Origin: an uncultured virus (IMG/VR IMGVR_UViG_3300035495_000309)
Taxonomy: Duplodnaviria > Heunggongvirae > Uroviricota > Caudoviricetes
Reading direction: 5' to 3' (one strand)
IMG/VR virus record: IMGVR_UViG_3300035495_000309
DNA: 64,000 nt
A program made the position numbers and the translations under genes. Below are positions 1 to 10,340 of the stretch, piece after piece (positions within the stretch are counted from its first letter, which is position 1; every line of letters begins with the position of its first letter). The notes beneath the pieces are model-generated. The model had not been told where the DNA came from, did not search any database, and was given only the letters and a program-made list of their open reading frames with translations.

Positions 1-480
1 ATAATATTCATGCAACTGCTGTTTGCGCAGACCTCTTTCATTGCTGTGCTGGAATCGCACATGATCTTTAATGCTGTAGAGTTTGCAATGATTGCGTTTG
101 TAGCCACGCTGGAAGCTGCAATTAAGTTCATGGCCGTGCTGCTTGCTGCAAGCTCCTTCATTGCGGTAGACGATGCCACGCAGGCAGCCAATGCGACATC
201 CTTAGAAGCAATCACGGCGTTAACAGCCACGCTGGAAGCTGCCACCGCATTCATAGCCACGCTGGAAGCTGCAACATTTACCATTCTAGTTCCGTTCGCT
301 GCGATAAGCTCCATTGCAATTTCACTGGCAGCAATTTCTTTCATCGCGGTTTCTGAGTAAATAACACTCATAAATGCAGTTTCACTTGCAATCAGTGATC
401 TTACTAAGATTTTAGAATTTGCAATTGCGTGCATTGCCGAAACAGAATCGCTTACTGATACCATACCAACAGCGCTATCC
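1..480 (-). repeat. 30-bp / 10-aa tandem coding repeat (ASSxAMxxIA), about 16 degenerate copies visible
   Basis: Translation ...YSETAMKEIA ASEIAMELIA ANGTRMVNVA ASSVAMNAVA ASSVAVNAVI...; gccacgctggaagctgc recurs at about 103, 226 and 256. Confidence 0.85.
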
Positions 481-2228
481 ATAATCGAACTCATCGCAGA
501 GGTGCTATTTGTAACAACTTTTAACAAGGTATTATCGTTACTCATTTCACTTACGATTGTATCGGAACCAAAGATCGATGTCATATTAGTCAGATATTTC
601 GTTAACGTATCTGATTCAATAAACATGTCAACGAATGAATTATTATCATCAATGACATCCTTGAATGCCCTGATAGAAGCAGCGTTATTCATGATTGAGT
701 CTAATGCTAACCATGAATCTTTCATAACGCTTAACCATCCTTCATCTTCAAGAATCGGGCTGATCTTTGTATAATCTGTTACGATATTGCTCATCATTGG
801 ATAAGAATAAGCAACGTAATGGGCCCAACGTGGACGACCTGTGATATAGTTAAAAGTATACTTGTTTGATACGAGTTTCTCAGCTGCTAAATCACAATCA
901 AGAAGAAGTTTCTTTCCTTCGTCTACATCATCAAGACAACGAATTGCCAGTGGAGAAGCAAGAAGTGCTGTCATTGCAACTTCACTTTCACCAATATATT
1001 TAACGAATTTTGGAACTTTAAAGATTGCAGTTGCAGTCTCTTCGTTATTCATTAAGTATTCCATCCGGTCAGCAGAATCAAAGATCTGTGTATAAAGATC
1101 CGGATAATTTTCCGTATCATCGAAACGGGCAACACCTGCATCCGTTGTTACTAATGCATGAGCAGTTCCGTTATTTGCTGCAGAAAGTGTACCAAGTGCA
1201 ACTTCTGCAATCTCATCATTTGCAATAAGAACCTGCATACCGGGCGCAGACTCAACTAAGATTGCCATTGCATCAGTTGAAGTTCCATTGCTGTCTGCAA
1301 TCGTTGTAACAAGTTCGGTATCACTAAAGACATCATCCATGGAATTTACGGTTCTTCCATCACGCTTTACGCGCCACTTTAATGTCTTAGCAGTACCAAG
1401 ATCTGATCTTTGAACATAAGCAAGTACACCAGCATTGGCTACAAGCGTATTCATAACACTTGTTGTATTTACCATATCATCAAAGTTCGAATAAATAGTA
1501 AGAGCAAATCCAGACTTATGAGCAATAAATTTGCCCAAACCGACATTGTCTTCGAGAATTGTATGCATCCACGCATCGGACTTTTCGATTTCATCCAAAG
1601 TCTTTGCTCTTTCCGGATCATCTTTTACGAGATCTGCCATTAAGTCAGCGCTTGCTGCAACTGGCTTTAAGAAATCACCATAGACAGCGAGAGCGTCCAT
1701 TAATGCTTTATTTTTGTATATAATATCAAGAGCATCCTGAGTACCACACATCGTTTCAACAGTATCATACGATGCTAACTCTGGCTGATCATAAAGTTCT
1801 GCCAACCAAGCAGGAGCTCCCTCCACAGATAACTTTCCACTGAAGTATCTGATAATTCCTTCACGGAACTTTGGTTCTAATGAATTTAACTTGTCCTGTG
1901 TAATCGTACTAAGGACTTTGTCAATGTTTCCAGCTTTAACAATCTCAGAACCATAATAGTTGTTTAAAGCGGTACCCAAGCGTGAGTTATGTTTGATCAT
2001 ATAATCAACATCTGCGCTTGTTAATCTGTCATAAATGATCTTATGAATGGAAAAGACCTTAAATACCGCAACCGAATTGGAGATCAACTCCCTCCATAAA
2101 TTCTGGTTACGTTCATCCAAGACATAAGATTTCTTTCCGGCCGACTCAATGCTGTTGATGTAAACAATACAGTTCACAGGGTCACCCTGAAAGTCAGTAT
2201 TTAAGAATTTTAATTCTTCAAATCCCAT
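1..2228 (-). CDS. Large repeat-containing protein, probably virion/tail-associated (runs off the left edge)
   Basis: Missing from the ORF track. ATG at 2228 after SD GAGGAAGGTG; begins MGFEELKFLNTDFQGDPVN. The 5' and 3' parts I translated are open in the same frame, and the 3' part is a 10-aa tandem repeat. Confidence 0.8.
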   Translation of the reverse strand, partial: MGFEELKFLNTDFQGDPVNCIVYINSIESAGKKSYVLDERNQNLWRELISNSVAVFKVFSIHKIIYDRLTSADVDYMIKHNSRLGTALNNYYGSEIVKAGNIDKVLSTITQDKLNSLEPKFREGIIRYFSGKLSVEGAPAWLAELYDQPELASYDTVETMCGTQDALDIIYKNKALMDALAVYGDFLKPVAASADLMADLVKDDPERAKTLDEIEKSDAWMHTILEDNVGLGKFIAHKSGFALTIYSNFDDMVNTTSVMNTLVANAGVLAYVQRSDLGTAKTLKWRVKRDGRTVNSMDDVFSDTELVTTIADSNGTSTDAMAILVESAPGMQVLIANDEIAEVALGTLSAANNGTAHALVTTDAGVARFDDTENYPDLYTQIFDSADRMEYLMNNEETATAIFKVPKFVKYIGESEVAMTALLASPLAIRCLDDVDEGKKLLLDCDLAAEKLVSNKYTFNYITGRPRWAHYVAYSYPMMSNIVTDYTKISPILEDEGWLSVMKDSWLALDSIMNNAASIRAFKDVIDDNNSFVDMFIESDTLTKYLTNMTSIFGSDTIVSEMSNDNTLLKVVTNSTSAMSSIMDSAVGMVSVSDSVSAMHAIANSKILVRSLIASETAFMSVIYSETAMKEIAASEIAMELIAANGTRMVNVAASSVAMNAVAASSVAVNAVIASKDVALAACVASSTAMKELAASSTAMNLIAASSVATNAIIANSTALKIMCDSSTAMKEVCANSSCMNI

Positions 2229-2567
2229 TCTTTTCTTTCACCTTCCTCTCTATTAGAATCCAATCCTTTCAAGATGTCACATAGATTCGTCCTACAAATG
2301 ATAAGGAATGTTTTTCATAAAAACAATGGTATTTGTCACGAAGTATACGATGAGATTTCCGGTCAATCCTTGAAGCTAAGATTATTCTCATCTATTCATA
2401 TAATTGATGAAGTCCATCACCACCTTTGGTTTTATATTTATTAAAAAAAAACGTTTATGATTAAAAATGAAACTTGGAGTCGTTTAAGAAGAAAAGATAT
2501 GAGAAAAACTACATCTTGACCTTTCTCTGGGTCATAGAAAGTTTATTATCGAAAAATGGGTAAAAAA

Positions 2568-2606
2568 AAAAGAAAACCCATCGCATTTGATAGGTTTTCT
2601 TTTTTC
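2568..2606. terminator. Intrinsic terminator downstream of portal (A/T runs on both sides)
   Basis: aaagaaaacc...ggttttctttt inverted repeat just past the portal stop. Confidence 0.65.
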
Positions 2607-2612
2607 TATTCT

Positions 2613-4991
2613 TTATTGATATGCTGCGTTTGGATTGTCTACATCGTCCAATTCATCGTCACTATTCAGTGCCTTCTCTGTTGCAGGTATCTTTGTATTC
2701 GTATAAATTTCATCAATTGCCTCGAAGTTAATCATTGGCAAGTGCATTCTTGCAATTTCACTAATGAACTGCTTTACATGGGCGTCATCATCAGGTGAAT
2801 CACCAAAGTAAACCTTTACAAGGAACTCCTGTAAGGTCTGGTAATTGTTGATTGCATCCTGTCTTGTCAGGTTGCTTGTTCCCTTTGGCTCTGGGAATTT
2901 CACACGAACTGACGCAATGATTTCTTCTGGCATGGATGTTGTATATCTGAGCAGCTTCTGATACATCTCTGTGATTGGATCATTAAAATCCAACTGATAA
3001 TTGATCGTCCTTCCATGCATCTTTGTATTTGCCGTCTCAATTGACTTTGCAAAATCTGCTTCATTTAAGTAATTCATAATTGCCGACGGAACACCTGTCG
3101 AGAGAATATAATTATTCCTCAAAGTCTCCATCAAGTCGTTATTCATTTCAACAGATTGTCCTTGCAAAATTTCGGTTTCGATTGGCCTGTCGCCATTTTT
3201 ACCAAGTGGCATATAAATGGACGAACCTGCACCAATCTTATTTAACACGCCTGTATATGAGAACATGTCATTTACAGTAATTCGTCTTGCCTGTTTCTGT
3301 CTTGCAATCTGTTGTGCTTTATTATACACATTCTTGTCAATACCTGAAGTTCTTAGATAGTTGATCTCCTGATCATTTGACTTTGTGATAATCGTTACAA
3401 TCTTAAAGAGTAACAGCATAAGATATAACTTTGCATAGAATAATGAGTTCTCAAGCATGGAATGTCCATGATCGTTCTCATCTTTATTGATCTTAAACTC
3501 TGTTACATACTCTTTTGGAACTACCTGGAAATGAATCCTTGTATTTCCTAACTCATAGTAGTTGAGTGCTGCAACGATAAGCTTTCTAAACTTATCATTC
3601 TTTGCAACAAATTTCTGATCGAATTTTCCTACAATTCTTGTTGCAATATCTTCTACCAGAGCATCCACTTTATTGGATGGATCTTTCTGCTTAAAAGCAC
3701 TCTGATAAGAGAGAATAGTATTAAGCGGGACTGCATCTTCTGCTTGTACATACAAATAGAAGAGGGTATTTCCCATAATTTCTACCGGTATCATCTGTGT
3801 TGGTGGAACTTCTTTTACATAGCAGTCTTTTAAGTCTGCAAATTTCTCACCGTTATTCGGATTCGAAGCTCCATAGACACCATCGTTATCATACATCTCA
3901 TTTCCGTATTTTCTAAGATAAGCATCTTCTGTTGTCTGAAGCTTCTTTCCTTCTTTCTTGGAAGACTTTGATGCTCCATCTTCCATGAAATGATCTCCAT
4001 CTTCTGTGATGTATTCATCAGCAAAAGCAGATAAGGATTCCATGCTTTCTTCCAAGATTGGAATCGGAATTGGTGATGTAGAAATTGTGATTCGGTCTGT
4101 TCCAAGAAGTGATTTTACATCATCATCAATCTTTCCATAATCTTTATTCCCACGATCCATCCCAATAACACTACCGATCTCCCCCTCTACAGATTCAAAG
4201 AATGCTTTATCTTCTTTTGAAGATCTGTCATAAAGACCAAAGATCTCTACTTTTTCAACGGTACTATCAACCGCTGACTCAAAGAAGTTTCTTCCACCTT
4301 TATTTATCTTTCTGTATTTTCTTGCAAAATTCTCAAATAACTCATGGTATGGAATGTGATATACATAATATTCACCATAACCTAAGCAATGATCTACGAT
4401 ACTTTTAATTCTTGCATGAAGATTGAATTTCTTCTCCATTTTTTCAATAATCGGCAAGTAGCTATCGCTTGGATCATTTACTGTTGACTGTTCAAATGTA
4501 ATCACACGGTTAATTCTTCCGGTATTTACATCAGTTGAGATAATTGCATCGCGCATGACTGATTTTGCTTCCTGAAGCTCAATCAGCTGATTTGATATAT
4601 TATAAGCATCTGCCTGCTGAATCATGCGGTTTCGATACTGCTCGTTGATAAACTGCGCTGGATTTAATCCATTTCCAGCGGTATCAAGATCCATTTTTGC
4701 ATTGAGTTCTCGCATGATCGAAGCAGAATCTTTGTCATTTGAATATACTTGTCCTAAAAAGGTCGAATAATCATTTACTCCATTTCCTGTAATGGAATCG
4801 ATCTCGGAGCTCATGATTTCATTAAATCGATCATTTAATTTATCGGAGTCGTCCTGTGTCACTGTTCCATATAAGGAAAGTGATAAGTCATCAAGTAAAG
4901 AACTAACTCCATCCATCGAAGAACTAAACGTTTTCCGCAATTTACTATAAGCGGATTCTTTCTTATCTGGTTTCTTCGCCAAGGATCTCAC
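2613..4991 (-). CDS. Portal protein (T4 gp20-like, jumbo phage type)
   Basis: 792 aa; C-terminal TGVPSAIMNYLNEADFAKSIETANTKM...YQLDF resembles the gp20-family VP...F...N.KF segment. True start may be TTG at 4982 after SD AAGGGGTG. Confidence 0.7.
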   Translation of the reverse strand: MRSLAKKPDKKESAYSKLRKTFSSSMDGVSSLLDDLSLSLYGTVTQDDSDKLNDRFNEIMSSEIDSITGNGVNDYSTFLGQVYSNDKDSASIMRELNAKMDLDTAGNGLNPAQFINEQYRNRMIQQADAYNISNQLIELQEAKSVMRDAIISTDVNTGRINRVITFEQSTVNDPSDSYLPIIEKMEKKFNLHARIKSIVDHCLGYGEYYVYHIPYHELFENFARKYRKINKGGRNFFESAVDSTVEKVEIFGLYDRSSKEDKAFFESVEGEIGSVIGMDRGNKDYGKIDDDVKSLLGTDRITISTSPIPIPILEESMESLSAFADEYITEDGDHFMEDGASKSSKKEGKKLQTTEDAYLRKYGNEMYDNDGVYGASNPNNGEKFADLKDCYVKEVPPTQMIPVEIMGNTLFYLYVQAEDAVPLNTILSYQSAFKQKDPSNKVDALVEDIATRIVGKFDQKFVAKNDKFRKLIVAALNYYELGNTRIHFQVVPKEYVTEFKINKDENDHGHSMLENSLFYAKLYLMLLLFKIVTIITKSNDQEINYLRTSGIDKNVYNKAQQIARQKQARRITVNDMFSYTGVLNKIGAGSSIYMPLGKNGDRPIETEILQGQSVEMNNDLMETLRNNYILSTGVPSAIMNYLNEADFAKSIETANTKMHGRTINYQLDFNDPITEMYQKLLRYTTSMPEEIIASVRVKFPEPKGTSNLTRQDAINNYQTLQEFLVKVYFGDSPDDDAHVKQFISEIARMHLPMINFEAIDEIYTNTKIPATEKALNSDDELDDVDNPNAAYQ

Positions 4992-5006
4992 CCCTTTCTT
5001 AAATCG

Positions 5007-5018
5007 TTATAGCTTTGT
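5007..5018 (-). promoter_or_regulatory. ACA-N6-TAA phage promoter (portal); a divergent partner at 5079-5090 (+) precedes dnaB
   Basis: aaaaACAaagctaTAA; the same spacing recurs at over a dozen gene starts in the window. Confidence 0.65.
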
Positions 5019-5122
5019 TTTTCGCTAGGTTTCTACCCGCTTATAATCTCCTAGGGATAGTAATTAACTAACGATTTTACACTCTATTAAACGATAAAAC
5101 GTAGAAAGAAGTAAAGGAAATT

Positions 5123-6468
5123 ATGGATAATAGATCACAGCTGCATGCGAGTATTCGCAAGCGCATGGTCGAACTACGAACGTCGAAATTACCAATTAAA
5201 ATGGACTTGACGACGCTTGATATGACCATTCAGTTTTTATACAAAGAAGGAGCTTTGAAAACAAGAAAAGCTCTGACGAATATAGACAAACTGTTCAAGT
5301 CACTAGATAAGTCCGTATATAAGGAAAGTGAAATTGAACTGACCAACCGTATTTGGCTAATCGAAAAGACTATTGAAGGATATTTACGCGAGGGGTTGGT
5401 CCAAGAAGATGTTATTAAGACATACTGTAAAGAAGATCCAGATTGTGATGATTACAGAGCAAGTATTCTGGATCAAGTAACGACAAATAAACGCCAGATC
5501 AATTATGAAGAATCGAAATACTTATTAAAACAAATCGATGATCGATTGGCGTTTGGATATACGATCACCTTAAAACATATTATCGAAGAATTGTTTTCTC
5601 TTATGGATGAATCTGATGTAAAGAGTTACAAACAGCTCAGTGAGGATTTGTATCAGATCGCAAATTCTATCATCAATATTAAGAGAAGATCCAATTCTTT
5701 GGGAGCAGATCAAACTTTTTCTTTACAAGAAGAAGTCTTTGAGACTGTGTTATTCGATTCTATGGAGAAATTAAACAACCGGAATCGAATCTTTATTACG
5801 GGTATTCGGCATCTGAATACCTTTTTAGCCCCTGGGTACATGAGTAAACGTCTTTATACATACTTAGCATTCCCAGGTGGTGGTAAATCTCAAATTTTGT
5901 TGGACACTGCACTTGATATAAGAAAATACAATGCAGGGGTTCAATGTAAGAATCCAGAGAATCGACCAGCAGTTCTTATGATTACAATGGAGAATAGTAT
6001 TGAAGAGACGATTGAGCGAATCTTTAATATTGTGGCAAGTGATGATGACATAAGAAACTACTCTCCAAAGCAAGTAAAGAAGATGCTGATTAAGCAAGGT
6101 GGATTAACGCTTACTGATAAAAGTAATATTGATATCATCATTAAGTATTATCCAAATAGAAGCATTGATACAAATGACTTATATGGAATCATCCAGGATT
6201 TGGAAGATGAAGGAGTAGAAGTCATTGCGTTAATTCTGGATTATTTAAAGAGAATACGTCCAGCAGAAAAGGGAGAAAATGAAAAAGCTGAGCTTAAGAA
6301 TATCACAAATGAATTGAAGGATTTAGCAATATATTGGGATATTCCAGTAATTACAGCTCAGCAGTTAAATAGAACTGCTTCATCTATTGTAGATGCAGCA
6401 ATTCAAGCAAAGAAATCAGACGTCACGAAGCTCGTCGGACGAGATGGCGTCGCTGGTGCCTGGGAGAT
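5123..6468 (+). CDS. dnaB: DnaB-like replicative helicase, exon 1 (join 5123..6468,7642..8020; 574 aa)
   Basis: Walker A AFPGGGKS, ITMEN, LILDYL, PVITAQQLNR; splicing restores GAWEI-IENSD in frame. Confidence 0.9.
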
Positions 6469-7641
6469 TAACTCAATGGTCTCCCCATACCGTGAGGTGT
6501 GTAAAAATAACCACTTTAATTGCGGGGACTTTCCATTTCACCAATGGACACATTTTATGTGCCGGCTACGCTTCAACTACCAACTTATATCTGGCGACAG
6601 GATAAGGGCAAAGGGTAACTCCGGAGATATGGTAATCAAGGTTGAAGATACGGACAATCCGCAGCCAAGTCAGAATTAAAATTTTAAGTAACGATTTGAT
6701 AGTTTAAATAGAAAGGAGATTTTTATATGGAAAAAATTATGTGGAAAACTTTAAATGGATTTAAAAATATAATAAGTAACACCTATCAAGTTTCATCACT
6801 CGGTGATGTTAGGATAAAGAAAGGTAAGAAGTTATTACATAAAAAGATTGCAAATAAGAAGCATCACCCATATTATGCAGTTTATCTCAAGAATAAAGAT
6901 GATAAAGGTGAATGGGTTTTAGTTCATCAATTAGTAGCTTTTTGTTTTATCAAAATTCCTAAAAAATATGAAGGAAGAACTGACTTAGTACCAGATCATC
7001 TCAATAATAATGGATTAGATAATTATTATAAGAATTTAAGTTGGAAAACCCGCGGCGAAAATGTATCAAAAGCATTTAAATGTAAAGAAATAAATACATT
7101 TGGTGAAAATTGTTGTTGGGCAATTATAACGGATGATCAAGCTAGAGAAATTTGCAAGTATCTTGAGGAAAACCTTTCTTATGATGAAATATTAAAAAGA
7201 ATGAAAATGGAGGATAATAAATCAAATCGTACGTTATTAGTTCGAATCAAAAACAGGATTGCCTGGAAAGAGATATCAAAAGATTATAATTTTAGTAGCA
7301 ATACCAAGTATACTAAAACACAATTGGAAACGATAAGAAATATTCCTAGAATCAGAAGATTAATCTCTGAGGGCAAAAAGAACACTGAAATTGCACATAT
7401 AATTTGGCCTGAGATTCCACATGAGAAAATCGGACCAAAAGCGCAAACGGTAAGTAAAATTCGAAAAGGGCTAATATTCAAAGATATTCTGAACGGTTCA
7501 ACGACTATCGAAAGCATAATCTCTGGAGAAATCCTTAGATGAAGAAGCGAGTAGAGTAGGGAAACCGAAATGAGTGGCTCTTTATATCTGATAAAAGGGT
7601 ATAAAGATGAAGATATAGTCTACATATAAAATTTATATATG
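6469..7641 (+). mobile_element. Group I intron in dnaB (1173 nt) carrying an HNH endonuclease
   Basis: P1 gggagaT/Gtctccc with U-G wobble; P10 tcaatg pairs the 3' exon start cattga; core motifs ttgcgggga, aatccgcagc, ttcaacgacta, aagatatagtct; terminal G at 7641. Confidence 0.92.
6727..7542 (+). CDS. Intron-encoded HNH homing endonuclease (NUMOD4-like N-terminus, HNH, C-terminal helical repeats)
   Basis: YQVSSLGDVR, VHQLVA..F, PDHLNNNGLDNYYKNLSW; own SD gaaaggag. Confidence 0.88.
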   Translation: MEKIMWKTLNGFKNIISNTYQVSSLGDVRIKKGKKLLHKKIANKKHHPYYAVYLKNKDDKGEWVLVHQLVAFCFIKIPKKYEGRTDLVPDHLNNNGLDNYYKNLSWKTRGENVSKAFKCKEINTFGENCCWAIITDDQAREICKYLEENLSYDEILKRMKMEDNKSNRTLLVRIKNRIAWKEISKDYNFSSNTKYTKTQLETIRNIPRIRRLISEGKKNTEIAHIIWPEIPHEKIGPKAQTVSKIRKGLIFKDILNGSTTIESIISGEILR

Positions 7642-8020
7642 CATTGAAAATAGCGATGTCGTTATTATCATAAATCGAGAAAAGAAATTAGGTTCTGATG
7701 AAGTCTACATGACGTTTAAACTATTGAAAAGACGATATCGTTCCGCTGATACAGATGATAAGTTGCGTGAACTTGAGTATTTCAATCATCCGTATGCAAA
7801 AGGTAGCTCTATCAAGCTTATCAATGATGTGGAACTGGAAGAATCTATTTCTCTTACAAGCTTAGCTTCTGAATTTGTAGCAGCCGACAATAAGGGAAAT
7901 AAGCATAATAAGAATGGTATTAACAAAGAAAAGATTGAAGATGACGATGATGAAGAAGATGGTCTTGATATATCATTTGAACCATTTGATATGAATCGTC
8001 AAGTATATGCAAAAATGTAA
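7642..8020 (+). CDS. dnaB: DnaB-like helicase, exon 2
   Basis: IENSDVVIIINREK...MTFKLLKRRY; in frame with ORF 7709..8020. Confidence 0.88.
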
Positions 8021-8022
8021 AT

Positions 8023-8065
8023 GGAGTCTCGTGTGAGTTATTATCTTGCACGAGACTCTTCTTTT
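8023..8065 (+). terminator. Intrinsic terminator after dnaB
   Basis: gagtctcgtg...cacgagactc followed by ttctttt. Confidence 0.7.
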
Positions 8066-8085
8066 AATAAAAGGAGGATTCTAAA

Positions 8086-8427
8086 ATGAACAGAAGACAG
8101 AAAAAGAAATTGATAGGGAGATTAGGTTTTAAAACCTATCACGCATATAAAGCCTATTTGAAACTCTGTAAAAAGTTTTCAGAGTATTTAAGCCTTGGAA
8201 AGGTGAGGATAAATGGTGTAGGTACTCCACCTGACAGTGTTAAAGGTGAACCTGTTACTATACAATTTTCATGCAATTCGTGGATACCAAAAGGTAAGAC
8301 ATTTGAATGTGTTCCAAATATACTTGAGCTGAAAAAGGCATCAAAGAGTTATTCAATTAGAGTATTAGGAGGTGATCAAAATGAACAAAAGGCAGATGAA
8401 GAAATTCGAAAAGAAGTTATGTCATAA
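8086..8427 (+). CDS. Hypothetical protein with MNRRQKKK leader
   Basis: SD aggagg; 113 aa. Confidence 0.75.
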   Translation: MNRRQKKKLIGRLGFKTYHAYKAYLKLCKKFSEYLSLGKVRINGVGTPPDSVKGEPVTIQFSCNSWIPKGKTFECVPNILELKKASKSYSIRVLGGDQNEQKADEEIRKEVMS

Positions 8428-8971
8428 GACATATCAAGGTTATAAGAAAGCAAAGAGTAAAAAGGATACTGAAGATTTTATTATGATGAATGCATCCATG
8501 TTTGATAAGACGATGAAAGCACTTCTCGCTTCAGCATTTCCTAATAGAGAGGAAGAGATCATTCACAGTGATTATTTGGGTCAGGAATGTACAGCTAGTG
8601 ATGTAGTTGAAATCCGTGAGATGATTCAGCGAATCAATGCTGTAAATAAAAATAAAAACATCTTCGGAGTTCCAAGTCAATTCCTTCTTGGTCCATTACC
8701 AATGGAAAAATTAAATGAGCATCCAAACCCAACAGGTTATGGATTAAAATCATTCTATCAGATCTATGATGAGTTCGAGATGGAACAGCCGAAAGAAGCT
8801 AAAGAAATGATCTATGTAACAACCGATCCAACTGGAAAGGAAATAGTTAGCGCTGCGAAAATGGGAATCTTTGATCCAACAGCTGAAACACTAAAAGATG
8901 TTAAGGCTGAGATTGATAAGGAGCAATTGAAGTCTATATTTGATATTACGATGGAGAAGAAAGATGAATAA
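8381..8971 (+). CDS. Hypothetical protein with MNKRQMKK leader
   Basis: SD ggaggtg before ATG 8381. Confidence 0.75.
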   Translation: MNKRQMKKFEKKLCHKTYQGYKKAKSKKDTEDFIMMNASMFDKTMKALLASAFPNREEEIIHSDYLGQECTASDVVEIREMIQRINAVNKNKNIFGVPSQFLLGPLPMEKLNEHPNPTGYGLKSFYQIYDEFEMEQPKEAKEMIYVTTDPTGKEIVSAAKMGIFDPTAETLKDVKAEIDKEQLKSIFDITMEKKDE

Positions 8972-9269
8972 AAGACAAAAGAAGAAATTAGATAGGAAGC
9001 TGGGTTGTAAGCATTATTCTGATTGCAGAGAAAGGATTTCTAACTTAAGAATTCGAATACGAGTTGATTATAATCCAGATCCACGTATTATTGCATTTCG
9101 TGATGCATTTCATGAAAGTTTGGTAGATCTTATGAACCAATTGAATTATGATTTGGAAAATCCCAAAGATGAACTTCCAGATCATGAAGATACTAGTATA
9201 GAGGAGGATTATCCTCCAGATTCTTTTAAGGTTGATGTCCTTACACATCATCGACCCTTGTATTTTTAA
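8964..9269 (+). CDS. Hypothetical protein with MNKRQKKK leader
   Basis: ATG 8964 overlaps the preceding stop; SD ggag. Confidence 0.7.
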   Translation: MNKRQKKKLDRKLGCKHYSDCRERISNLRIRIRVDYNPDPRIIAFRDAFHESLVDLMNQLNYDLENPKDELPDHEDTSIEEDYPPDSFKVDVLTHHRPLYF

Positions 9270-9321
9270 AGGTTTGACATATCTTTAATACCTAACAGGA
9301 TATAGAAAGGGGTGTTAACAA

Positions 9322-10317
9322 GTGTCGAAGATTATTTTGGATTATTCCAATCAACCGAAGCGACAAAAGAAATCTCTTTTGGATGAATTTGATGAGATGG
9401 AGCAGGAAACACAATCTATGTCATTTAATCAATTTCGACCAAAAGAAGTTAAGAAAGATAAGGAAGCAAAAGCTTTAGCAGAAGCAAATCAGGAAGAGGA
9501 AGACGATGATTGGGAATACACCTTATCCCAGTTTCGTACTCCAAAAGTAAAGGCTTCCAAGAATTACCGAAACAGTGATGTGTATGACTTCTTACACGGT
9601 GGAAGTGGTAAGAAAAAGAAGAAGAAAAAGAAAGAAAAAGAAGGCCCCAAAGATTACAATGAGGAGTTTGAAACAGACATTGCTCTGATGCGTAATATGC
9701 TTCAGGATGCAACAAAGTTTACAGATTCCTTACAGAAGCGTTATTACGCAATGGAGGCTTCGAAATCTTCTGCAAGAGGAGTTGGTAAGTTCACAACAGA
9801 TCTTATCAGTTCCATTAACCAATCTCGTAGTGTATCGAGTCAGCTTATCAATAACATCACAAGCTTAAAGAAGAATATCGCAGACCTTAATATGAAGGAG
9901 CGAAAAGAAGCAGCGGCTGCCGCAGCTGGTAGCTATGATGGAGAGAATCTATCTGATTTCTCTTCCAACTTCTTAAAGAAACTGATTCAACAGGATCGTT
10001 CGGATGCTTCCATTTATGGAGATGCAACACCGATTGATGCAGATGAAGATACATTGTATGACAATATTGCACAAATGCTTGCTTCCGAAGATGATCGTTC
10101 GGAAACAGAAGCATATTTAAAATACGAGAATCGAAATGTTGAACTCGTTGCTTTTGTCGATCATAATACAGATGAGTATGAACTTCGTGCAATTGCAGCA
10201 GATGGAGAAGAATTATCAGATTATCCAATTCCTCAGGTTGAGCATTTGGATATTAACCGAAGTACAAGCATTGCGGTTGATGAATATCACAACCGTTATC
10301 GTGTAGAATGGGTTTAG
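9322..10317 (+). CDS. Hypothetical coiled-coil protein with poly-Lys tract
   Basis: 331 aa, SD aaggggg, ACA-N6-TAA at 9277-9288. Confidence 0.8.
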   Translation: MSKIILDYSNQPKRQKKSLLDEFDEMEQETQSMSFNQFRPKEVKKDKEAKALAEANQEEEDDDWEYTLSQFRTPKVKASKNYRNSDVYDFLHGGSGKKKKKKKKEKEGPKDYNEEFETDIALMRNMLQDATKFTDSLQKRYYAMEASKSSARGVGKFTTDLISSINQSRSVSSQLINNITSLKKNIADLNMKERKEAAAAAAGSYDGENLSDFSSNFLKKLIQQDRSDASIYGDATPIDADEDTLYDNIAQMLASEDDRSETEAYLKYENRNVELVAFVDHNTDEYELRAIAADGEELSDYPIPQVEHLDINRSTSIAVDEYHNRYRVEWV

Positions 10318-10340
10318 ATTTTAATCTAAAACAATATTAT

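Noticed and set aside
10..1643. Plus-strand ORFs 10..360, 502..774, 862..1095, 1025..1228, 1410..1643
   Set aside because: Antisense shadows of the long minus-strand gene starting at 2228.
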